The position numbers and the translations under genes were made by a program. Positions 30,601-43,965 of a stretch of 64,000 nt of DNA are shown in pieces (the stretch's first letter is position 1; each line of letters begins with the position of its first letter). Below the pieces are notes generated by a model that was given only the letters and a program-made list of their open reading frames with translations, made no database searches and was not told the DNA's origin. Origin of the DNA: the human T2T-CHM13v2.0 reference genome, Homo sapiens. The stretch is from assembly GCF_009914755.1 (NCBI RefSeq), contig NC_060947.1; one strand, 5' to 3'.

Positions 30601-33010
30601 GCCTGTTAGTTGATGCAGTTTCTTCATAGTATTGATGGTCTTTACAATTTGGTATGTTTTTGCAGTGACCGGTACTGGTTTTTCCTTTCCATAATTAGTG
30701 CTTCCTTCAGGAGCTCTTGTAAGGCAGGGCTACTGGTGACAAAATCTCTCAGCATTTGCTTGTCTGTAAAGGATTTTATTTCCCCTTATGAAGCTTAATT
30801 TGGCTGGATATGAAATTCTGTGTTGAAAATTCTTTTCTTTAACAATGTTGAATGTCGGCCTCCACTCTCTTCTGGCTTGTATGGTTTCTGCCGAGAGATC
30901 TGCTGTTAGTCTGATGGGCTTCCCTTTGTGGGTAACGAGACCTTTCTTTCTGGCTGCCTTTAACATTTTTTCCTTCATTTCAACCTTGGTGAATCTGACG
31001 ATTATGTGTCTTGGGGTTGCTCTTCTCGAGGGGTATATTTGTGGTGTTCTCTGTATTTCCTGAATTTGAATGTTGGCCTGTCTTGCTAGGTTGGGAAGTT
31101 TTCCTGGATAACATCCTGAAGAGTGTTTTCCAACTTGGTTCCATTCACTCTGTCACTTTCAGGTACACCAATCAAATGTAGGTTTGGTCTTTTCACATAG
31201 TCCCATATTTCTTGTAGGCTTTGTTCATTCATTTTTATTCTTTTTTCTCTAATCTTGTCTTCACACTTTGTTTCATTAAGTTGATCTTTAATCTGTGATA
31301 TCCTTTCCTCCACTTGATCAATTCGGCTGTTGATACTTGTGTATGTTTCATGAAGTTCTCATGCTGTGATTTCAGCTCCATCAGGTCATTTATGTTCTTC
31401 TCTAAACTGTTTATTCTAGTTAGCAATTCCTCTAACCTTTTTTCAAGATTTTTAGCTTCCTTGCATTGGATTAGTACATGCTCCTTTAGCTCAGAGGAGT
31501 TTGTTATTACCCACCTTCTGAACCCTACTTCTTTTAATTCGTCAAACTCATTCTCTGTCTAGTTTTGTTTCCTTGCTGGCGAGGAGTTGTGATCCTTTGG
31601 AGAAGAGGCATTCTGATTTTTGAAAATTTCAGCCTTTTTGTGCTTGTTTTTTCTCATCTTCGTGGATTTCTCTTCCTTTGGTCTTTGATGTTGGTGACCT
31701 TCAGATGGGATTTCTGTTTGGGCATCCTTTTTGTTGATGTTGATGCTATTCCTTTCTGTTTGTTAGTTTTCCTTCTAACAGTCAGGCCCCTCTGCTGCAG
31801 GTCTGCTGGAGTTTGCTGGAGGTCCACTCCAGACACTGTTTGCCTGAGTATTACCAGCAGAGGCTGCAGAACTGCAAAAATTGCTGTCTCTTCCTTCCTC
31901 TGGAAGCTTTGTCCCACAGGGGCACCCGCCAGATGCCAGCCTGAGCTCTCCTGTATGAGGTGTCTGTCAACCCCTGCTGGGAAGTGTCTCCCAGTCAGGA
32001 TGCACGGGGGTCAGGGACTCACTTGAGGAGGCAGTCTGTCCCTTAGCAGAGCTCAAACGCTGTGCTGGGTGTTCCGCTGCTCTCTTCAGAGCCAGCAGGC
32101 AGGAACATTTAAGTCTGCTGAAGCTGTGCCCACAGCTGCCCCTTCCCCCAGGTGCTCTGTCCCAGGGAGATGGGAGTTTTGTCTATAAGCCCCTGACTGG
32201 GGCTGCTGTCTTTCTTTCAGAGATACCCTGCCCAGAGAGGAGAAATCTAGAGAGGCAGTCTGACTACAGTGGCGTTGCCCAGCTGCGGTGGGCTCCGCCC
32301 AGTTCGAACTTCTTGGCGGCTTTGTTTACACTGTGAGGGGAAAATCGCCTACTCGTCTCAGTAATGGTGGATGTCCTTCCCCCCACCAAGCTCGAGTGTC
32401 TCTGGTCAACTTCAGACTGCTGTACTGGCAGCAAGAATTTTGAGCCAGTGGATCTTAGCTTGCTGGGCTCCTTGGGGGTAGGATCTGTTGAGCTAGACCA
32501 TTTGGCTCCCTGGCTTCAGCCCCCTTTGCAGGGGAGTGAACAGTTATCTCGCTGGCGTTACAGGTGCCACTGGGGTATAAAAAACAGCAAACAAACAAAA
32601 AAACTCCTGCAGCTAGCTTGGTGTCTGCCCAAACAGCTGCCCAGTTTTATGCTTGAAATCCTGGGCCATGGTGGCGTAGGCACCTGAGGGAATCTCCTGA
32701 TCTGCAGGTTGTGAAGACCATGGGAAAAGCATAGCATCTGGGCTGGAATGCACCATTCCTCAGGGCACAGTCCCTTATGGTTTTCCTTGGCTAGGGGAAG
32801 GAGTTCCCCGACCCCTTGTGCTTCCTGAGTGAGGTGACGCACCACCCTGCTTTGGCTAGCTCTCCATGGGCTGCACCCACTGTCTAACCAGTCCCAATGA
32901 GAAGAGCCAGGTACCTCAGTTGGAAATGCAGAAATCACCCGCCTTTTGCGTTGATCTCGCTGTGAACTGCAGACCGGAGCCGTTCCTATTCGGCCATCTT
33001 GCCAGCCACC
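27629..33010 (-). mobile_element. LINE-1, L1PA7-like, 5'-intact, with a ~1.1 kb deletion near the 3' end
   Basis: 5' end GGTGGCTGGCAAGATGGCCGAATAGG. ORF1/ORF2 fragments (MTGSNSHIT, GDFNTPL, LFADDM). TSD CTGAAGACCTGATTTTT at 27612-27628 and 33011-33027. Confidence 0.95.
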
Positions 33011-35369
33011 CTGAAGACCTGATTTTTAAAAGTAGAAGAGTGTCAGAGAAGGTGAAATTCATAGCCTCCATAAGACTAAGACCCGTACACAAAAATTATG
33101 GCTCTGACAGGGAATGACTCACAATCTGAGGCTTGGGTTGGGGTCACCTAAGTTTACCCACTGACGAAATATGGAACCTTTTTATTCTCCAAAACATTGT
33201 GGTCCTGCAATAAATAGTCCATTCCTTATTGCTAGTAGATAACAGCACTCTCCTGTCTGAAGGCTAAGTAGAGATTTTAACTGAAGTAGATGCCTTGCAA
33301 GCCAATACTTGCCCTTCTCAAGATCTACCCCAACATTTCTTTCTGGCCATTGGACCAATAACTAGGTCAAGTTAGCGTGACCAATCTGGGGAAGGTCTGG
33401 CTTTACTAATGGAGGAAATGTGTTATTAATCAAAGGAGCTACAGAATCTAATAATATGTGTTATCAGGAACTGGGGTAACATGCCTGCATATGTATCTTG
33501 AAGCTAACTTGATTAAAGAAAAGTGAAATATAAAGCTGGATAAGAGAAAACACTTTTAAAATTTGTTTTCTATATGTGAGCATTCTACTGTGACTCAATA
33601 TTTAACATATCTTGTAAGGGTACCTGGAGCCAAGCCTATTAGTTAAAATGACTGAGATGACTCCTGGAAATTTGGGGGAAAATGTGAATCGCATTAAATG
33701 AAATGAGATGCTTGAACTGCTTTGTCAGAGTGTTAAAAAATGGGGATAAAAATGCTCTCAGAAGTGGGCATGTTAGAATGGATCTATTTCATAAAACCTG
33801 AGGTCCCACCAGAGGACTATTTTTGGGAAGGCTCAGAGTACACTCCCTTGACTAAGGTGAAAAGAAGTGCAATAATAAGGGGCAGTTCCAAAATATTTTA
33901 GAAGCTCAGAAGTAAATGATCTCTGCTCTGCTAGGCTGGAGCTGACTGTAGGAGATTAGGTTATAGAATTGAGCTTTCTAGTTTCTGTGGAAATGATAAG
34001 ATTCCAGAAGAACAGAGGTCAGATGGCAGCACACAATCGCCAGAAGCCAGGTGAACACAATTATTGTAATGGTCAAGTGGCAACCAAAGTGTCCTGTCAT
34101 GCAGGAATGTATGGTGATGACTAATAGATCATGGTGTTCCTAGAAGCAAGATACACAGTTGGCCAATGAGAGTGTTGTTTGCTTGACATATATAATTTAT
34201 AATCATAAGTGGATGAATAGAAGTTAATCTACACTACCCCAATGAAGGGTCAAAATATTTTGCCTTGTTTTCATGCCTGAGCCAGTTGTTAGCCTCAGAA
34301 GTCATCAATCGAAAGAGAAATTGAGTATGCTTGAAGAAAGATCTTGCAATGCAAAAGCAAGCATATACAGTAGTGATTCTATCAGTTCTTCCCCAAAAGG
34401 GACTTATTAACATTTATAAATATAAGCGAACACTAAGAAAAAGGGGATTGCCCATATCTTTTAAGGGCTGTTGGATACAGAGTTTAAGCAGATGCTGATA
34501 TTAAGGAACCTAAAGCACAATAACACCCACCCCCAACACTAAAATAGGTCCTTGTGGAATTCAGTTCTTGCCTTGGTCCATCTTACAGTGGGTCCAATGG
34601 GTCCAAAGACTCAGTGGGAATTTCTGATTGCTTAAGCAGAAGGACATACTTAGCATGTGGAAGAAACCTGACTTTTGGTTCCAGGACCCATGAATTAAGA
34701 GCTATTATGGTAGAAAATCACACATGAACATTATGAAAGTGGTACCTTCCCCAGAACAAGGTGGCAAATAAAAAACGATACCACATTTTAAGTGGAATGG
34801 TAGAGATTAGTGACAATCCCAAAGACTTAAGGGAGCAGGGCTGATAATCCACATTATGTCTTCATTCACTGTGAAAAAAATAGATGTACCATGGTAGATT
34901 ATGATGAACTAACACAAACTTAAACAAGTAATAGTCCTGACTAAAGCTTGTATGCCAGATATGGTTTTTTTACTATAATGGATTATTATCAATGCAGCAT
35001 CTGGTATTTGGTAGGTGGATTTGATGGGGCTAAAAGATTTGTTTAAATCTTCATCTGGAAAGAGGAGGAGAAGTTGTTCATATTCACCCAAATAGGCAGT
35101 AGTATACCTTTATGCTTTTGATTCAGGTCTATTTTAACTCTCCTGCCATTTGTTATAATACAGTACAAAGAGAATACGATCGTCTGAAAATTCTATAGGA
35201 TATCATGATGGTCCACTATATTGATAACATCAATTTAATTGGCTCTGATAAAGAGAAAGTGGCAAGTACTCTGGATTCGCGAGCTCCAGAGGGTAGAAAA
35301 TAAACCTTATAAGGATGCAGAGATTTGTCACATTGGTGAAATTTTGCAGGATTCACTTACGTTTCTTTG

Positions 35370-35407
35370 AATGGCAAAAAATGACAATTACTTTTGCACC
35401 AACATAA
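35370..35407. mobile_element. MADE1 (Hsmar1 MITE), one arm
   Basis: aatggcaaaaaatgacaattacttttgcaccaacataa followed by TA. Confidence 0.8.
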
Positions 35408-37999
35408 TATTTAGGTCATGCCAGTATGTCCTTTCCATGAAAAGGGCACTTTATTACACCTTGACTCTCCTACTATTGAGAACATAGCACAGTGCTTTGT
35501 AGGTCTTTTTGGATTTTGGAGACTGCATATACTGCAATTGGGAATACTAGCTTGACTCATTTTTGAGATTACTTTGAAATCTTCCAGTTTTAATTGGGGT
35601 TATAAACAAGAAAGGGCATTGAGGAATATCCAGGCTATAGTACAAATGGCATGACTGCTTGAGATAAACAACCTGGCAAATTTCATGGAGCTGAGGATAT
35701 TTGCAGTAGATACAGATGCCAGATGGAGTCTTGGGTGAATCCCAACAGAAGAGTTGAGGCATAAATCCCTAGGGTTTTGAAGCAAGTCATATTTTCTGCA
35801 GCAAAGAAAGGGACACACTTCAAAAAGAAGCTCCAGATATGCTATTAGGTCCTGGTAGAGAATGAGTGAGTGTCCATGGGACATCAATTGACTATGCATT
35901 CAGAGCTTGTATATAAACTGGGTTCTGTCAGACACACGAGGTCATAAGTTGGTCAATCACAGCAGCAATTCATGGTATATTTGGAATTAGATCTGACTAT
36001 GTCCAGTGGGTATGAGTGAGTTACATGAACCAGTGGCCCAGTTCTCATTGTTGCAATAAGGCCTATCTCTTTCTCAGCTCACACCTATGGGTTCATGGGG
36101 GCATTCTCTATGACGAGTTGACAGAGGCAGCTAAACTACATCCTCACTCAGAGGTAACTCTAAAAATGCAGTAGTAATTGAAGTTTTTCAAGTATGCAAA
36201 GCTGGTCAATCATCCACTCTGGGTGAAGACATAAATGGCTCTTGTTAGTCATACATGAACTTCTGGACAGTGGTAAATAGTTTGTCTGATTGGGCAAGGT
36301 CTTAGGAGAAGCAGGATTGAATGATTAAGGCAAAGAAGAGGCATACAGTTAAACCTATAGGAGTTGGCACCAAATGTGAGGATCTTTACATCTCACAGTA
36401 ATGCCCATGAAAGATCATCCACAAAACGAAAAGTACTAAACAATGGGTCAACAGAATTATTCGTTCAGTAGATGTCAGCATCTGTGTTTGTCATACAAGC
36501 ACTTACATGATATACCTATGAATGTAGTAATCATGGTATGCGAGACAGAGGCTATGTATTGGACTAACATTTGGGCTTCCTTTCACCAAAGCTGATTAGC
36601 TACTATCACTTAGTATCTTTAATAAATATCTTTTTGATCTTTCAGCACTGGAGACTAATGCTTAATCTTCAATATGGTACTGTTTCTCAAAGAGAAAAAC
36701 CAACTACTTGATGGAAAGTTGATTTTATCTTGCTTCAGAAGGGACAATGATTTATCAGAACTTCGATTTACTTGTATTCTGGGTGTGGATTTGTCTTTTC
36801 TACCTGCAGTGCTTCAACCCACTCTACTATCTATATTCTTATAGAAAATCTGACTTACTGACATGAGGTTCGATATAATATTATCTCACATTAATTGATT
36901 CACTTTATATCAAAGCAGTCATAACAATAATTTTATAACCATGGGATCCACTTGTTCTACAATATACCGCATACCCAGAAGCTGCCAGCCTTAGTGGAGT
37001 ACTGACATGGTCTCTTAAAGGCACATATAAAGCAGTATCTTGGAAATGATGCCTGTGATTTGAGGGCTTTGTTCTTCATGAGGCAATGTATGTCTTAAAC
37101 CAGCAGTCATTATATGACACTCTACCATAAATAGGTAGAATACACAGACCTGGCAGAAAATGAGTGGACATTGGAGTGACCCCATTCACCATCATTCCCA
37201 GGGACTCATTTGAAAACTTTAAGTTCTGTGGTTCTAGATGTCCTGGTTTCCAGAAAGTAGATGCTTCCGCTAGGGAACACTATAAGATTCCTACTAAACT
37301 TAAAGTTATGGCTGCCACCTGGTAATTTGAGGTTTCTTGTGCCACTGGAGCAGCAGGTAAAGAAAGGAGTTAACATACTGGCAAGGCTAATTGGCCTTGA
37401 TCATAATGAGCAGATAGAGTTGTTTCTCCCATATACATTTTTAACTGTGAATGGACAATGGCCCTGGGAGGAAGGGGCTGGAGAACAGGAAAGTCAGTCA
37501 TCTTTCTGCCATGTACAGCCTTCCAGGCATCTTGAGCACCTTAAGACTGATTCTACCTCCACAGCAATGAGCTCAGAACATAGCAAGAAGGGAAGACATT
37601 TCCAAGGTGACCCAGGCCCAAACATCACCTCCACAAGGCATCAGCATGAAGCATTCCCAATCATGATGAGGCCCGAGGATTGGCTCCACTCTCAGGAAAA
37701 GAAGGAAATGTATTTATTAACTATAGGCCAAGAGGGAATATGGCAACAGGGATCTGAATGTCAGGAAATGATGCCCTAGGTGGAATTGGATTACTTATTC
37801 AAAAGCTAAATCAAAAAAGTTGTTCAGTGCTGGCTGAAAGGGTAATTCTGGGACTTGTGAGGATTTGACTCCATCAGCCAGAGATGGGATAAACTTGCTA
37901 TATCAGAGGGCCTATCCAAGGATCTATTTGGCATATTTTTATTTCTATGCCCGATCATATGACACTGAGTACCCCTCACATTATCCTACACTTATTCAA

Positions 38000-38400
38000 A
38001 GTTTCTTATTTGCTGAGTGTCCACAGTGTTCCAGGCACTGTGCCAAATTCAAGTAGTGGTGGGACTGAGAGAGTGGCACTGGGTGCTGGGATAAGATACA
38101 CAGTTGAATTAGCCAGGGTACCTTCCCTTGAATAGACTGAGTGAGATCTAGCAGGGCAGACAGAATATTGATCGAAAATAGTATGAAAAGTGATAATACA
38201 CAAGTCTAAACACAATGCCATGAGACTCCAAGGGAAGAATAAGTTGTTCAGCTGTCTGAAAGTCAAGGAAGTATTCACAAAGGAGAAGACACTTGAGTGA
38301 AGGTTTAATTGATAAGTAGAAGTTTGATAGGCTGAGCAGAGGAGGAAAGTCATTCTGGGCAGAGGGAATAAAGGCACAAAAATAAGAAAATAGCCAGATT
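38000..38400 (-). mobile_element. L2 fragment
   Basis: tgctgagtgtccacagtgttccaggcactgtgc...gtcattctgggcagagggaa. Confidence 0.65.
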
Positions 38401-39384
38401 TCTGTGAAATGGTGAGGAGCCTTTGTGGGGATGAGATCCATTACAAACAGTTGCGCAAGTTTTTCTCTGTATAAGGGTGCCTGGCTAAAAGATCCCCCCT
38501 TGCATTCTGCTTGATACATCAGACATTCTGATGAGGAGCTTTAAGCTGTGTCTTCCTAAAGAAAGGGTCTTATTCTACAAACTGTTGTTATCAGAGGTCC
38601 ACAATTTTCCTTTTGTCTTGGAGTTTCATCCCAGGGTACTATAGAGAATGATCCCCTCAAGATATTCTCAGCCCCAAATCAGATACCAGTGGCAGATTTT
38701 TCTTGTGAATCTCTGCCAGGTCCTAGAGTTGATGGCTCTTACTTCATGCTAGAAACCCTGAGACATTCGGGGGAAGGAAAAACTGGAGATGGCCTCTTCC
38801 AGAGGCTCCTTGTGGCTTTGGAGAACATGGTGCCCAAGAAGTTCAGTGATTCAGGGGAGCCAAGGAAGGGGCAGGAGAGAGGCAATTGGTAGCTAATGCA
38901 AAGAAGAATAACTCCAACCATGGGCCACAAATACATTTAATATATAGTTAGACTCAACTAACAATACCTATTTCCTCCCACCACCAAGTACAAACACACA
39001 CACACGCATGCACACACACACATTCTCCTACATTCTCCTAAGGAAGAAAAGGAAAAGGAGGCAGAACTATAAGCTGATGCCCTATCACCCAATAACCTAA
39101 AGCTGTGAGTCAGAAAATAAGCCATAGTAGGAATATAAAACTCCTTCTTGCTTTCCCTCACCCATTCTAACACTTTCCTCAAGTTTTTAGCAGATTTGCC
39201 CTAGCAGTACCAGGGCTGGCTGCCAGACATCAAAGCTTCATGTGTCCACTGTAGCTATTGCCCACTCCACTCCAGATGTCACAACTTGTTATTGATATTT
39301 TACCACCAATACTCCCAACTTGGAGGCAAGATGACTTTGTGCCTCTTTACATCTTTGTAGAGACTCCTCAGCACTCCATATCCC

Positions 39385-39560
39385 AATTTCTGTGACCTTG
39401 ATCAGTTTGCTTGTCAGCACGAAGTCTGTTTCTTCATCTCTTAAACAGTAAAGATGATAATATCTATCTCAGTGGGTTGTTTGTAAGGATTAAATGAGAT
39501 GTTTTGGGCAAGGCACCCAACACAGTGTGTCTGGCACATAGTACAAACCCACTAAATATT
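39385..39560 (+). mobile_element. MIR
   Basis: ctgtgaccttg...gggttgtttgtaaggattaaatgagat...ctggcacatagta. Confidence 0.75.
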
Positions 39561-39719
39561 ATTAATTAGTGTCTATCCAACACAGGTGCAGTTCAGTTAC
39601 ACAGTTAATAAAAGACTCAATGGGGGCTTGAACCAAAGTTTTATGATTTGGTCAAATTTATTAGTTTATGGATCTATCCACTTATCCTGGAAGGGAACTT
39701 TGGGGTTTTTCCAGTTTAC

Positions 39720-40540
39720 TTTCTGAGTGTCTACTCTGTGTAAGTAACTAGGGCTCGGCACTGGAAATACCAAGATGAACAAGATATTATTCCTGCTTTT
39801 GAGAAGTTGATAGTCTCATCGGGGAGAATGGTGACCAAATAGTTACAATGCAAAGAGGTAGTCCTGTTATAGTTGGATGCAGGATTCTGTGGAAGCACAA
39901 ATCAGAGGCAATTGGTTCAAAGTAGGAATAAAGGGAAAAATTTCTTCATGAGATGTCACCTGAGGTGAGTTTTGGCAGATGAGTGGGTGTTGGTGTTATG
40001 AAAAGGAGAGGCATGGGTGTGTTGCTGATAAGAGTTATGGGTGGGAGTCCACATCCAGGCTATGGTGCCTAAGCAAGATCCTAGTGTCCAGGGTACCTTA
40101 GGGCTGAAGCACGAGGGATAGGGAAGAAGCTAGAGAGTTTGGCAGGAACCAAGTCACGAGAGTTTGTAGACTCTAGATTATGGGACTTTTTTTTCCTGAG
40201 AGTAATAGGGACAATTGACTGATTTTAAAATGGACAATGATATATTTGGATGTGATGTTTTAAAAGGACTAGGGCAGGCACATCAGATAAGAGATACTTG
40301 CAGTAGTTGAGGCTAGAGATGAAGTTGGCTTACACCAGAGTAGTAGTAGTGGAGATGGAGGATATATATGTGATGGGAGATATATTTGGGGGATACAGAA
40401 TGGACAGGACATGATAGGACTCATTGATGGATGAAGGGTGAGGGCAAAAACCAAAATCCAGGGTTACTGTAAGGATTTTGGCCTAAGGAACTGGGTAAAT
40501 GATGGTGGCAGCCAGTAAGACTAGGAACATGGAAGAAATT
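39720..40540 (-). mobile_element. L2 fragment
   Basis: ctgagtgtctactctgtg...gagaagttgatagtc...ggaactgggtaaatgatggtggca. Confidence 0.65.
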
Positions 40541-41305
40541 TTTTCCTACTCTCTCATTTTGCATGTAAGAAAACTGAGTCCCTCAGAGGAGAAGCAGTAT
40601 GCCCAAGGTTGCACAAAATAGTAGAAACAAGTTGGGGGTGTGGGACACAGATTTCATTTTTATTTAGTTTTTGTCCAACACATTTTACACTGCCCCAAAA
40701 TGTTCCTCAGCTCAGCAGTCTTTGTACATTGGTAAGAGATAAATGAATCAAATTAACATCAGAAGCTCAGTATCAAAGCAGGGAGGGTAGATGCTTAGGT
40801 AATAAATCTACAGTTTTGTTAACATGACTCCCATTAAAGAGAATTTATTCACCAGGCATTGATTTTTTTCTTTTAGCATTGGACTTACAATGAGTGATTT
40901 CATATTTAGCAAAACACACTACTCTTGGTAATTAATGAGACAAGAATCACAGCCCAGTCAGGAGGATATGTGGTTTCCAACAACGATGTAAGGCCTGGTT
41001 GAAAAAGGAGAGATAGCTTTTATACTCTAAGGAGTCTCAGTCTTCAGCAACCCCCAGTCTGGAGAAGGAAATAGCTATTCATCCAAGTTATATCTATTGA
41101 GGGCCCCACTGTGTTCCAGGCACTGTTCTAAGCATTTGGGATATGTTGATGAGCTAAATAGACATAGGTAGCTGATTTAATTGAGCTTACATTTTAGTGA
41201 AGGAGAAAGACAATAAACAGTAAATGCCATATGTAAGTAAAACATATAGTATGTTTGATAAAGATAAATGCTAAGGAAAAATATGAAATGAAAAATATAA
41301 GCATG

Positions 41306-41681
41306 TGTTACGAATTGAATTGTGTCCCTCAAAAATTCATATGTTGAAGTCCCAATTTCCCGTACTTCAGATTGTGACTATATATGGAGATAAAGGCTTC
41401 AAAAATTAATTTAAAGGGAGGTCATTGGGGGCAGGCCTAATCCAATATGACTGGTGTCCTTATAAGTAAAGAGAATTTGAACATGAACATGTACACAAGA
41501 AGACCATATGAAAACACAGGGAGAGGACAGTCATCTACAATCCAAGGAGAGAGGTCTCAGAAAAAACCAACCTATTTGATATCAAACTTTCAGTCTCCAG
41601 AACTGTGAGAAAATAAACTTTCATAGTCTTAGCTGCATAGTTTGTAACACTTTGTTATGGCAGTCCTAGCAAACTAACATG
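41306..41681 (+). mobile_element. MLT1B-like MaLR LTR
   Basis: tgttacgaattgaattgtgtccc...catctacaatccaaggagagaggtctcagaa...tttgttatggcagtcctagcaaactaaca. Confidence 0.85.
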
Positions 41682-42019
41682 AGAGGGGGATAAGGAGTGC
41701 TGGGGTGGCACTAGGGTTTCAGTTTTGCCTAGAAAGATAAGGTGAAATATGAGCAAAAAACATGGAGGAAATGAAGGAGCATCACAGAGAGATATCTGGG
41801 GAAGTGTGTCTGAGGCAGAGGAGAGAGCAAGTACAAAGGTCCTGAGGTGGGAGTGTGCCTGGTGAGTTTTACGAACAGCAAAGAAAGCCAGCATGGCTAA
41901 AGCAGAGTGATTAAGGGGGAAATTGGGAGGAGATGAGGTCACAAAGTTAATATATGATGGGCCAGATCATGTAGGGCCTTTTAGGTTATTGTATGAAAGT
42001 TTACTCTCGGTGAAATTAA

Positions 42020-42608
42020 GATCAAGCCACTATGGAAAACAGTTTGTTGGTTCCTCAGTGAATTAAAGATACACTTACCATATGACCCAGAAATTCTACT
42101 CTTAGGTATATACGCAAAAGAACTGAAAATAGATGCTTGTACGTGGATGCTCATAGCAGCATAATTTACAGTAGCCAAAAGGTAGAAACAACTCAAACGT
42201 CTAACAAAAGATAACTGGATAAATAAAATGTAGTATATCCATACAATGGAATATTATTTCACCATAAAAAGAAATGAAGTTAATTCCTGTACATTGTAGG
42301 ACTGCTACAATATGGATAAACCTTGAAAATATCATACTAAATGAAAGGAACCAGTCACAAAAGGCTACATATCATGTAGTTCCATTTATATGAAATGTTT
42401 AGAATAGGCAAATCCATGGAGGCAGAAAGATTAGTGAATGTCAGGTTCTGGGTAGAATGGGGAATGGGGAGTGATTGCTTAATGGGAATCGATTTTCCTT
42501 TTAGGGCAATGAAAATGTTCTGGAACTAGATGGTGGTGATGATGACATAACATTGTGAATTTACTAAAATTCACCAATGGTAAATTTTATGTTACATATA
42601 TTTTACCA
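42020..42608 (+). mobile_element. L1MB-type 3' end
   Basis: ccactatggaaaacagttt...ccatttatatgaaatgtttagaataggcaaatcc...gaaaatgttctggaactaga. Confidence 0.85.
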
Positions 42609-43053
42609 TGTATTAATTAGTCAGGATTCTCCAGAGGAAAAAACCACCTAGAGAGAGAGTGAGAGTAGAAATTGGCTCACTCAATTGTGGAGACTGGAAG
42701 TCTCATAATCTACCACCTGCAAGCTGGAGAACCAGGAAAGTCAGTGATGCAAGTCAGTCTGAGTCTGAAGGCCTGAGAACTAGGAGCACTGATGTCTGAG
42801 GGCAGGAGAAGATGGATGTCCCAGATCAAACAGGAAGTAAATTCACACTTACTTTGCCTTTTTGTTCCAGTCAGGCTTTCAATGGATTGGATGAGCCCAC
42901 TGTATTGGTGAAAGTGATCTCTATTCAGTCTATCAGTTCAAATGTCAATCTCTCCTGGAAACACCATCATAGACGCACCCAGAAATAATGTTTGACAAAC
43001 TATCTGGGCATCCCTTAGCCAAATCAAGTTGATACACAAAATTAACCATCACA
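42609..43053 (-). mobile_element. MLT2-type solo LTR
   Basis: tgtatt...agtcaggattctccagag...aaaattaaccatcaca. Perfect 5-bp TSD TACCA at 42604-42608 and 43054-43058. Confidence 0.9.
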
Positions 43054-43664
43054 TACCACAGTAAAAATATTTATATCCAAAGTACTGTTTTGAACAGAGG
43101 AGTATAATGATTTGGCCTATGTATTTTTTAATAAAAGATCATTTACCTGCTCTGTTAAGAAGGAACTTATAGGCAACAACAGAAGCAGGGCTATCAATCA
43201 GAGGCTGTTTCAACATAAAATTGAAAGTTGTGACTTAGAATGGTAGTAGTGGAGATGGTGAGAAATGATTGTATACTGGGAATATACTGAACATAGAGAC
43301 AGCAGTTTTTCCTAACAGATTAGATGTGGATGTGAGAGAAAAAGAAGAGTCAAGGATGACTTTAAGGTTTTGACTTGACCAAGTGGAAGAATAAAGTTGC
43401 CATCAACTGAAGAAGGGGCACTTTTGAAGAGAAAGATCAGGAGGTGTTTGTTTGCTTGTTTTTTGATGGACATGTCAAGTTTGAAATTTCTATTAGACAT
43501 CTAAATGTATATGTTGATTAAATAAGTGGATGAAGAGTTCTGGAACTTAGTGGAAAGGTCTGGGAAGGAGATACTAGTTTGGAAGTTTTCAGCATGTAGA
43601 TATTTAAAGCCATGAGACTTGATGAGATTATAAGTGATGGTTCTCCCATCCTATATAGGCTGTT

Positions 43665-43965
43665 CAGACTCTCACATTGTGGAACCTTAATTCTGATAGA
43701 GGAAACATAATTTCTTTACTCTAAAAAGCTCTCAATTTTTAGGAAGATATGGTCAACAGGTTCCTTGTCTGCACAGAGAAATTTTTGGTACCCTGATATG
43801 TCCCCAGCATGACAGAAAAATCATTGTCTCCTTACTCTAAAGATCTCCCAATTTTATTAGGGAGACATTGTCCACCTACTCTAAGTAACCCCAAGGTTGA
43901 GAAGAAAGACATTCTTTCTCAGTAGGGAACCTCCCCAAGCCTGATGAAGAAAGCGTGGCCTCTGC
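43665..43965. repeat. Highly degenerate ~40-45 bp tandem repeat
   Basis: Recurring (c/t)tactctaa...ccc.a...ga(g/a)aca units, for example at 43712-43754, 43829-43872 and 43873-43913. Confidence 0.5.

Larger units (their letters stand above)
27244..37455 (+). mobile_element. Decayed ERVL internal region (ERV3-16A3-like gag/pol), split by L1 at 27629-33010; no 3' LTR seen
   Basis: RT relics QVYFNSPAICYNTVQR (~35124-35171) and VHYIDNINLIG (35211-35243, YIDD-type). Integrase-like phrases at ~36700-37050. Continuous across the L1 TSD. Confidence 0.8.
41077..43635 (-). mobile_element. L2a-like element fragmented by MLT1B, L1MB and MLT2 insertions
   Basis: L2 3' end (attcatcc...ctgtgttccaggcactgttctaagc). 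Resumes at 41682-42010 and 43090-43635 (tttaaagccatgagacttgatgagat). Confidence 0.75.

Noticed and set aside
37261-37779. 172-aa ORF
   Set aside because: The N-terminal part is decayed ERVL internal sequence reading by chance into flanking DNA; no coherent domain.
38739-38936. Minus-strand ILLCISY...SLNFLGTMF as another OR fragment
   Set aside because: Too few motifs and wrong spacing; not distinguishable from chance by eye.
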